This document shows, piece after piece, positions 7,781 through 14,250 of a DNA stretch of 14,250 bases. Below the pieces are notes generated by a model, which saw only the letters and a program-made list of their open reading frames with translations, ran no database searches and had not been told where the DNA came from. This DNA is from a bacterium (GTDB lineage: Bacteria; Zhuqueibacterota; Zhuqueibacteria; Oceanimicrobiales; Oceanimicrobiaceae): contig JBHIAC010000085.1 of assembly GCA_046758365.1 (NCBI GenBank), positions 1 through 14,250 of the forward strand. The letters run 5' to 3'. Within the stretch, counting starts at the first letter, position 1; each line of letters begins with the position of its first letter. The translations under genes and the position numbers were made by a program.

Positions 7781-8602
7781 CTATTTTTCTGAATCTTTGA
7801 TTTTTTCAGTAACGGTTTCAACTTGTTCAGCATCTTCCATCACAATGACTTCATCAGGGACCTCGGCAACCTCTTGAACGATTCCTTCTGAAACAGCGGG
7901 TTCGGCTTCTATTTCACCTTGTGCGCTCTGCCCCTCAAGAACAGCATCAGCAATTAATTGTGTAATAAGATTAATTGATTTAAAAGCATCGTCATTTGCA
8001 GGAATCGGGTAGTCGATGGCATCTGGTTCACAATTGGTATCTATTATGGCTACGAGAGGTATATTCAATTTTGTGGCTTCAGAGACGGCAATACTTTCCT
8101 TTTTAGTGTCTACTACAAATATGACTCCGGGCAACCTATTCATTTCTCGAATTCCGCCAAGTATCAATTCTAATTTTTCTCTTTCCCGTTCTATTTTAAG
8201 TATTTCTTTTTTAACGAGTTTCTCATAGGTACCATCAGTGGCCATTTTTTCAATATTTTTCATCCTTTTAATACTTTTCTTTATGGTGGCAAAATTTGTT
8301 AATGTACCACCAAGCCACCTCTCATTAACATAAAAAGAATTGCATCTTTCAGCTTCATCTTTTATAATATCTTTAGCCTGCTTTTTAGTACCCACAAAAA
8401 GAACTTTTTCTCCTGATTTGACAATATCCACGACTGCTTGGTAGGCTATTTCCAAGCATTCTAATGTTTTTTTCAAATCGATAATATAGATGCCATTTCG
8501 TTCCATAAATACAAATTTTTTCATTTTTGGATTCCACCTGCGGGTGAGGTGACCGAAATGGGCACCAGCAATCAAAAGATCTTGTAAAGAAATATTTAAC
8601 AT
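7781..8602 (-). CDS. rpsB: 30S ribosomal protein S2
   Basis: GAHFGHLTRRWNPKM, LFVGTKKQA, RWLGGTLTNF, IPANDDA. Start reassigned to ATG at 8602 (GGAGG-TAATA-ATG) instead of the track's TTG at 8614. Acidic C-terminal tail. Confidence 0.98.
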   Translation of the reverse strand: MLNISLQDLLIAGAHFGHLTRRWNPKMKKFVFMERNGIYIIDLKKTLECLEIAYQAVVDIVKSGEKVLFVGTKKQAKDIIKDEAERCNSFYVNERWLGGTLTNFATIKKSIKRMKNIEKMATDGTYEKLVKKEILKIEREREKLELILGGIREMNRLPGVIFVVDTKKESIAVSEATKLNIPLVAIIDTNCEPDAIDYPIPANDDAFKSINLITQLIADAVLEGQSAQGEIEAEPAVSEGIVQEVAEVPDEVIVMEDAEQVETVTEKIKDSEK

Positions 8603-8618
8603 TATTACCTCCAAATTT

Positions 8619-8690
8619 GGGTTTTTCCTCCACTGGCTAAAAATTTCATTAACCTATTATCAGGCACCCAATGAAAAAACCAGTGTGTGT
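8619..8690 (-). ncRNA. rpsB leader (t44 / S2 autoregulatory RNA)
   Basis: Minus strand ACACACAC-UGGUUUUUUCAUU-GGGUG-CCUGAUAAUAGG-UUAAUGAAAUUUUUAGCCA-GUGGAGG-AAAAACCC. It carries the t44 hallmarks (ACACACAC, GGGUG, GUGGAGG, ACCC able to pair with GGGU) directly upstream of rpsB. Confidence 0.88.
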
Positions 8691-8699
8691 AATGTAAGT

Positions 8700-9092
8700 T
8701 TACCGTTTAGAAAATTGAAATCTTTTTCGAGCTCCTGGCTGACCGTATTTTTTTCTTTCCTTCATTCTTGGATCGCGAGTAAGTAAACCAGCAGCTTTAA
8801 GCTTGGGACGATAATCTTCATCTATTTTTATTAATGCTTTTGCAATTCCCAAACGAACAGCCCCAGCCTGCCCAGACAACCCTCCACCCCGGACATTGGC
8901 CATGATATCATATTTGCCTAAAGTGTCAGTTAATTCCAATGGTTGCTCGATGATCATTTTTAATGTTTCGCGCTTAAAAAATTCCAATAACACCTGGCCA
9001 TTTATAAAAACTTTCCCTTCACCCGGTATAAGCCGTATTCGTGCTACCGCTTCTTTTCTTCTACCAACAGCACCGTAAGCTAAATCTTTCAT
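8700..9092 (-). CDS. rpsI: 30S ribosomal protein S9
   Basis: [58 protein letters not shown] at 9092 (130 aa, after GAGG) is preferred over GTG at 9098. Confidence 0.98.
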   Translation of the reverse strand: MKDLAYGAVGRRKEAVARIRLIPGEGKVFINGQVLLEFFKRETLKMIIEQPLELTDTLGKYDIMANVRGGGLSGQAGAVRLGIAKALIKIDEDYRPKLKAAGLLTRDPRMKERKKYGQPGARKRFQFSKR

Positions 9093-9140
9093 TTTCACCT
9101 CATGAATATTATAAATTTACAACTTAAGGTTTTTAGATTC

Positions 9141-9590
9141 CTACCTTTTGGCACCTACGTCATCAATATCAATTTTTTCAGGTTTCTGTGCCTGATGGGG
9201 ATGATTCTCTCCTGCATAAACTTTTAGCTTTTTATACATTTTTCTTCCCAGTTTATTATGCGGAAGCATGCCCCAAATTGCTTTCTCTAAAATTCTTTCT
9301 GGATGTTTTCTCATTAAATCTGAGAAAGAATCAAATCGCATACCACCAGGGTATCCGGTATAACGAAAATAACGTTTGTTACTGGCCTTTTTGCCCGTAA
9401 CACGAATTTTTTCAGCATTGATGATAATTATGTGATCCCCGACATCCATGTGGGGCGAATAAATAGGTTTGTGTTTCCCTCGTAAAATTGTTGCTACTTG
9501 GCTGGCTAACCTTCCTAGGATTTCTCCATTAGCATCTATCAAAAACCATTTTCGTTCAATATCTGAGGGTTTGGGTGTATAAGTTTTCAA
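9141..9590 (-). CDS. rplM: 50S ribosomal protein L13
   Basis: WFLIDA...LGRLASQVATILRGKHKPIYSPHMDVGD, YTGYPGG, GMLP, KLKVYAG..HPHQAQ. TTG start after AGGAGG. Confidence 0.98.
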   Translation of the reverse strand: MKTYTPKPSDIERKWFLIDANGEILGRLASQVATILRGKHKPIYSPHMDVGDHIIIINAEKIRVTGKKASNKRYFRYTGYPGGMRFDSFSDLMRKHPERILEKAIWGMLPHNKLGRKMYKKLKVYAGENHPHQAQKPEKIDIDDVGAKR

Positions 9591-9630
9591 TTTTACATTT
9601 CCTCCTTTTAATTCGAAAATTTAAGTATTT

Positions 9631-9659
9631 AACTTAATAATTTTCTTTCTAATAGTCAA
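9631..9659 (-). promoter_or_regulatory. Putative sigma70 promoter of the rplM operon, overlapping the agmatinase 3' end
   Basis: TTGACT (9659..9654), 17-nt spacer, TAAGTT (9636..9631). Confidence 0.55.
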
Positions 9660-10560
9660 GATTTTTCTTAGTCGAATTCTTTATCTTATCTTGAAAAATG
9701 TACCCAAGTAACTTATAAATAAGCTTAGCAGCAAAAAAATCCGAAACAACAAAATTTGGTTTTGTAGAAAGTTCAACAACATCAAAGCCTATAATTCTCT
9801 TGGTTTCGGCAACTCTTTTCAAGAAACGAAGCGTTTCATACCATTGAAACCCACCTGGCTCTGGAGTTCCTACTGCGGATACCACAGAAGGATCAAAAAA
9901 GTCTAAATCAATAGTTATGTATACCAAATCACCTAATTGGGCTAATGCTTGGTCCGGCCAAGACGGGTTTTGAGTCATTTCAAAAGCATAAAATATTTTT
10001 GAAGGGGCTTTCAACAATTCCCGCTCATCTGGAATGGAACTTCTGATACCCAAACCAATATAGGGGCACAGTTCTGCAACCCGAGCCATTACACACGCAT
10101 GATTCAGGGGCGAGTTCATATAGCTATCTCTTAAATCACTGTGAGCATCAAGTTGTAAAACCCACATATTGGGAAAATATTTCTTAAAGGCTTGAATCAC
10201 ACCAACCGTGACCGTATGCTCGCCACCCAAGCTTACCACAAATTTATTCTGTTTTAAAAAATTTTCACAAGCCTCTGTTATTTGCATGATCGATTTTTCT
10301 GGCACAGGGTCTAAAGAATCAAACGGCATTTGCGTAGAAATACCCATCTGGCATGGCTCGATTTCTAATTCTTCGTCATAGGTTTCAATATGTTGCGATG
10401 CTTCAAGAATAGCTTTAGGACCATTTTTAGTTCCTTTACCATAAGTTGTTGAAGATTCATATGGTATACTAAGAATAACTACTTGCGCATTTTCTAAATT
10501 AGTCAGATACTTGGGAAGGTCTAAATAATCCGGAAATAAATTTTCTGGTTTCGTTGACAC
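9649..10560 (-). CDS. speB: Agmatinase (ureohydrolase family)
   Basis: GTKNGPKAI, LGGEHTVT, LDAHSDLRD, TIDLDFFDPS..GTPEPGG and GFDVVEL metal-binding motifs; adjacent to arginine decarboxylase. Start is uncertain: GTG at 10560 avoids the 37-nt overlap with the upstream gene that the track's start at 10629 creates. Confidence 0.9.
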   Translation of the reverse strand: MSTKPENLFPDYLDLPKYLTNLENAQVVILSIPYESSTTYGKGTKNGPKAILEASQHIETYDEELEIEPCQMGISTQMPFDSLDPVPEKSIMQITEACENFLKQNKFVVSLGGEHTVTVGVIQAFKKYFPNMWVLQLDAHSDLRDSYMNSPLNHACVMARVAELCPYIGLGIRSSIPDERELLKAPSKIFYAFEMTQNPSWPDQALAQLGDLVYITIDLDFFDPSVVSAVGTPEPGGFQWYETLRFLKRVAETKRIIGFDVVELSTKPNFVVSDFFAAKLIYKLLGYIFQDKIKNSTKKNLDY

Positions 10561-10592
10561 AATCTTATAACCAAAATTTGAAATCAAACCAT

Positions 10593-11135
10593 TCAAATTA
10601 GCATTGCACCGGCTATTACAGTAGTCCAAAGTCCATTTTTGTCCCCAATGGCGGATTGAGTAATATTTCTGGTCACAACAATTTTTTCACTTATGCGCCA
10701 AATTTCCTTTTTTTGATCCCATGATGCATTCGGATTAAAATCTACACCCAAAATGGTTGCTAACATAGTGGCCGCTAAGTCCTCTGCATATTCACCAGCC
10801 AAATCATCTGTCTGACCATAACTATGATGTTCTGAAAGATATCCATAATGACTGCGTTCTTTCGGAATAGCTATTCCAATAGATGCAGCAATTAAACGAT
10901 GAGGTTCATTGGTTTCGCATTGGCTCATGACGCAATGAACAATTTCCCCCTGAGAAAGTTCTTTTAACCCCTCCTTTTTCGAAACGACTTTACAATATGG
11001 AGGGAAAATACTGGAAACACGTACCAAATTAAATTCTGCAACTCCAGCATCTCGAAGGGCTAATTCAAAACTAGTGAGTTTTTCTTTACTCTTGCCGACC
11101 CCTTTCGTCAAAAACAATTTTTTCGGAAGATACAA
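10593..11135 (-). CDS. pdaD: Pyruvoyl-dependent arginine decarboxylase (PvlArgDC/PdaD family)
   Basis: [25 protein letters not shown] with the Ser-Ser self-cleavage site, [32 protein letters not shown] start after AAGAGG. Confidence 0.92.
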   Translation of the reverse strand: MYLPKKLFLTKGVGKSKEKLTSFELALRDAGVAEFNLVRVSSIFPPYCKVVSKKEGLKELSQGEIVHCVMSQCETNEPHRLIAASIGIAIPKERSHYGYLSEHHSYGQTDDLAGEYAEDLAATMLATILGVDFNPNASWDQKKEIWRISEKIVVTRNITQSAIGDKNGLWTTVIAGAMLI

Positions 11136-11163
11136 ATTTTTTCCTCTTTTTGATTAATTTTCA

Positions 11164-12477
11164 TTAATCCGGCTCCTCTGCTTGCCACCAAAAACCTTTG
11201 TTATAGAGCCCAAATACCTTTCCTTTAAGCTTCCAATTGTGATAAGGTGTATTTTTTGATTTGGATTTAATTTTATTTTTATCAACACTCCACACGGCTT
11301 TTGGATTCAATATAGTCAAAGATGCAAGTACGCCCTTCTTGAGAATACCTTTCTCAAGCTTCAAAATCCTTGCTGGATTCATGGTCATTTTTGCAATGGC
11401 TTTGGAAAGATTTAGTACACCGGTATCGACCAAACGCGTTATTACTAAAGCTAAGGCCGTTTCTAAGCCTACGATTCCAAAAGGCGCCACATTGAATTCC
11501 ACTTCCTTTTCTTCAATGGAATGTGGGGCATGATCAGTTGCAATGACATCAATGGTGCCGTCCTTAAGTCCCTCCAACATGGCCTCAACGTCTTTTTGGC
11601 ACCTTAAAGGAGGATTCATCTTTGTGTTCGTGTCATAACTGAGAACAGCTTCATCGTTTAGGGTAAAATGATGAGGCGTCACTTCACAAGTAATTTTTAC
11701 TCCGCGTTTTTTAGCCTGCCGCACCATTTCAACTGAGCCGGCGGTCGAGACGTGGGCAATGTGAAGGTTTCCTTTGGTGAATTCTGCCACTTGAATATCT
11801 CTGGCCACCATTATTTCTTCTGAAATACTTGGGATACCTTTCAGGCCTAATCTGGTTGAAACGGCCCCTTCATTCATAGCGCCATTTTTTGAAAGAGATT
11901 TATCTTCACAATGGTCAATGATAGGTATATTAAACATTTTGGTATACTCCATTGCACGTCTGAGGATTTCAGCAGTTGCTACAGGAGCCCCATCGTCTGA
12001 GAAAGCAACGGCCCCTGCCTTAATCAGGTCTGCCATTTCAGTTAATTCAGTTCCGGCTCTGCCTTTAGTCACCGCTGCAATGGGAAAAACATCTACTAAC
12101 AAATCCCGAGAACGTTTCAGTAAATACTCAACGACTTCTGCATTGTCCACAGGCGGGTCCGTATTAGGCATTGGACAAACAGATGTAAAACCACCGGCCA
12201 TAGCAGCATCTGAACCAGTTTCTACTGTTTCTTCATCCTCTCTTCCAGGCTCTCTTAAATGTACATGCATGTCAATTAACCCAGGACAAAGTACCATTCC
12301 TGAAACGTCTATGACCTTGCCATCGAAACCAGAAGAATTGATTTTGCCTATTTCCTTAAGCTTCCCATCTTCAACTAACACGTCTGCTTTTTTGGGGCTC
12401 ATATTTTCGGGATCAACCACCAAGGCATTGCTGAATAAAATCTTATCAATGGATACTGCAAATTCAGATAAAGCCAT
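11164..12477 (-). CDS. pyrC: Dihydroorotase (long, type I)
   Basis: PGLIDMHVHLREPG, GGFTSVCPMPNT, FSDDG, HIAHVST, CEVTPHH, KMNPPLR, IATDHAPH; AGGAG SD; follows pyrB. Confidence 0.96.
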   Translation of the reverse strand: MALSEFAVSIDKILFSNALVVDPENMSPKKADVLVEDGKLKEIGKINSSGFDGKVIDVSGMVLCPGLIDMHVHLREPGREDEETVETGSDAAMAGGFTSVCPMPNTDPPVDNAEVVEYLLKRSRDLLVDVFPIAAVTKGRAGTELTEMADLIKAGAVAFSDDGAPVATAEILRRAMEYTKMFNIPIIDHCEDKSLSKNGAMNEGAVSTRLGLKGIPSISEEIMVARDIQVAEFTKGNLHIAHVSTAGSVEMVRQAKKRGVKITCEVTPHHFTLNDEAVLSYDTNTKMNPPLRCQKDVEAMLEGLKDGTIDVIATDHAPHSIEEKEVEFNVAPFGIVGLETALALVITRLVDTGVLNLSKAIAKMTMNPARILKLEKGILKKGVLASLTILNPKAVWSVDKNKIKSKSKNTPYHNWKLKGKVFGLYNKGFWWQAEEPD

Positions 12478-12534
12478 TTTTCTCCTAAAATGTCTTTGTA
12501 AATTTTATCCCAACTCTCTAACAATCATCACTTT

Positions 12535-13476
12535 TTAATCCTCTTCCTTTTCGTATGATTTAACGCCACTCAAAAGATAAAGAACTCCCATGCGTACGGC
12601 CACGCCGTTAGTTACCTGATTTAAAATAAGAGAAAATTCGCTGTCAGCCAGTTCGCTTTCGATTTCCACACCTCGATTAATGGGTCCTGGATGCAGTATC
12701 GTAATTTCTTTTTTCGCCTGCTCCAGCCGCTTACGCGTGATTCCATAAAGGTTATGGTATTCACGAATAGAAGGGAAAAGTCCGCTTTCTTGGCGCTCAA
12801 GTTGAATGCGAAGTACATTCAAAACATCGGCCCACTCAATAGCTTCTTCAACTTTGTAGATAATTTTGGTTTCCCACTGTTCTACTTCCACTGGAATTAA
12901 TGTTGCTGGGCCACAAAGCGCTACTTCAGCACCCATTGCCTGCAAACCATAAATATTTGAACGAGCTACTCGACTATGGGTTATATCTCCTACGATAGCT
13001 ACTTTAAGTCCCTCTATGATTTTAAACTTATCCCGCAATGTCATTAGGTCAAGTAGGCCTTGGGTAGGGTGTTCATGCTGTCCATCGCCGGCATTAATTA
13101 TGGAGGCATCCACACATTGGGTCAGAAAATGAGGGGCGCCAGCAGCACTGTGCCTGATTACAACCATATCAATTTTCATAGCCTCGATATTACGGGCTGT
13201 ATCTCGCAGCGTTTCCCCTTTAAGTACCGAAGAAGAAGAAGCGGCAAAATTAACTGAATCGGCAGACAGACGTTTTTCAGCTAATTCGAAGGATATACGG
13301 GTACGGGTAGAAGGCTCAAAAAATAAATTAACAACGGTCTTACCTCGCAAGGTAGGAACTTTGGGGATTGGGCGGGTGAGAACTTCCTTAAAAGATTCGG
13401 CTGTATCTATAATGAAAGTAATTTCTTCTTTTGTTAATCCTTCTAATCCTAATAAATGTTTCCTATTAAATTTCAA
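12535..13476 (-). CDS. pyrB: Aspartate carbamoyltransferase catalytic subunit
   Basis: [67 protein letters not shown] start abuts the pyrR stop. Confidence 0.98.
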   Translation of the reverse strand: MKFNRKHLLGLEGLTKEEITFIIDTAESFKEVLTRPIPKVPTLRGKTVVNLFFEPSTRTRISFELAEKRLSADSVNFAASSSSVLKGETLRDTARNIEAMKIDMVVIRHSAAGAPHFLTQCVDASIINAGDGQHEHPTQGLLDLMTLRDKFKIIEGLKVAIVGDITHSRVARSNIYGLQAMGAEVALCGPATLIPVEVEQWETKIIYKVEEAIEWADVLNVLRIQLERQESGLFPSIREYHNLYGITRKRLEQAKKEITILHPGPINRGVEIESELADSEFSLILNQVTNGVAVRMGVLYLLSGVKSYEKEED

Positions 13477-14031
13477 CTAATTCTCTCCTGAAACTTCCAT
13501 CAAAAATACTCCATCCAACTTATCAACCTCCTTGACTCTAACTTTCACCTCTTCTCCTAAAGAAGTGGGTAAATTATTACCAACATAATCAGCTCTTATT
13601 GGAAGCTCGCGGTGGCCACGATCTACTAAAACAGCTAATTCAATTTTTGTGGGACGCCCAAAATCCATAATAGCGTCCAGCGCCGCTCTAACGGTTCGTC
13701 CGGTATATAATACATCGTCTACCAATATCACAGTCTTTCCGTCTATGTCGAACCCTATTTTAGTGGTTTGAACTTTTGGCTGTTTGATTTTCTTGAAAAC
13801 ATCATCACGATACATAGTAACATCTAAAATGCCCAGAAGAAGTCTTTTATGTTCAATGCCATATATTTTCTCAATAATTCTCTCTGCAATGGGTACGCCA
13901 CGAGTTCTAATCCCTAAAATCACTAAATTTTCCACACCACGATTCCGTTCAATAATTTCATGAGCAAGCCTGGTGATGGTTCTATCAAGACTTTCTGGGT
14001 CAATAATTTGCGCTTTTACTTTTTCTGTCAT
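13477..14031 (-). CDS. pyrR: Bifunctional pyr operon attenuation regulator / uracil phosphoribosyltransferase
   Basis: RLAHEIIERN, GIRTRG, LDVTMYRDD, VILVDDVLYTGRTVRAALDA (PRPP loop), DRGHRELPIRADYVG. Confidence 0.98.
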   Translation of the reverse strand: MTEKVKAQIIDPESLDRTITRLAHEIIERNRGVENLVILGIRTRGVPIAERIIEKIYGIEHKRLLLGILDVTMYRDDVFKKIKQPKVQTTKIGFDIDGKTVILVDDVLYTGRTVRAALDAIMDFGRPTKIELAVLVDRGHRELPIRADYVGNNLPTSLGEEVKVRVKEVDKLDGVFLMEVSGEN

Positions 14032-14045
14032 GTCGAATCAATTAC

Positions 14046-14076
14046 AAAAAAGCCTTCTTCGAATTTACGAGAAGGC
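14046..14076 (-). terminator. Attenuator terminator in the pyrR leader
   Basis: Minus strand GCCUUCU-CG-UAAAUU-CG-A-AGAAGGC-UUUUUU, ending 14 nt before the pyrR ATG. Confidence 0.85.
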
Positions 14077-14094
14077 CTCTTTCATTTCAATGAA

Positions 14095-14127
14095 CCCTTA
14101 CCAATCTCACCGGATAGGTTTAAAGGG
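14095..14127 (-). promoter_or_regulatory. PyrR-binding stem-loop (anti-antiterminator)
   Basis: Minus strand CCCUUUAAACCUAUCCGGUGAGAUUGGUAAGGG. It shows the CUUUAA arm, the UCCNGNGAG loop motif and the closing AAGGG characteristic of PyrR binding sites, upstream of a terminator and pyrR. Confidence 0.88.
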
Positions 14128-14143
14128 AAAATTATCTTTTTAT

Positions 14144-14172
14144 ATTTTACAAATTTTTTTACTAATAGTCAA
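14144..14172 (-). promoter_or_regulatory. sigma70-type promoter of the pyr operon
   Basis: TTGACT (14172..14167), 17-nt spacer, TAAAAT (14149..14144), just upstream of the PyrR loop. Confidence 0.75.
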
Positions 14173-14250
14173 GCAAAATTTGGAGCGATGTAAAACCTCA
14201 GTTACGAGTAGGCACTGATTGTTCTGGATATTCATCCTGAACATGAAATA

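Noticed and set aside
7781..7935. Acidic low-complexity C-terminal tail of S2
   Set aside because: Such tails are common in bacterial S2 proteins; not novel.
10561..10629. N-terminal extension of agmatinase given in the ORF track
   Set aside because: It overlaps pdaD by 37 nt and looks non-homologous; a later start is more plausible.
11918..12538. 206-aa plus-strand ORF
   Set aside because: Antisense shadow of pyrC; Ser/Thr-rich with no recognisable motifs.
5827..13257. Other small ORFs overlapping frr, pyrH, tsf, rpsB, rpsI, rplM, pyrC and pyrB
   Set aside because: All overlap unambiguous housekeeping genes and have no independent support.
13960..14218. Two plus-strand ORFs (77 and 81 aa)
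   Set aside because: They overlap pyrR and its attenuator and promoter, which already explain the sequence.
14198..14248. Possible 3' end of an upstream minus-strand gene (FHVQDEYPEQSVPTRN*)
   Set aside because: Only 16 codons visible at the edge; cannot be supported or identified.

Overview
AT-rich bacterial chromosomal window in which every supportable gene lies on the minus strand. In transcription order (right to left): a sigma70-type promoter and PyrR attenuator, then pyrR-pyrB-pyrC, followed directly by a polyamine pair (pyruvoyl-dependent arginine decarboxylase and agmatinase). Next is the translation cluster rplM-rpsI-[S2/t44 leader]-rpsB-tsf-pyrH-frr, ending in an intrinsic terminator. 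The ~570-bp gap after frr hides an eroded BrnT-like toxin / CopG-type antitoxin remnant and short 9-mer repeats, both absent from the ORF track. The window ends with an envelope trio: an exported NHL-repeat beta-propeller, a 1151-aa predicted outer-membrane protein with SprA-like motifs, and an Omp85/POTRA protein (absent from the ORF track, cut by the left edge). The gene order points to the FCB superphylum. The Shine-Dalgarno sites, -35/-10 promoters and short EF-Ts point to a non-Bacteroidota lineage such as KSB1 or Calditrichota (inference). The best candidate for an undescribed system is the outer-membrane trio at 1..5208.
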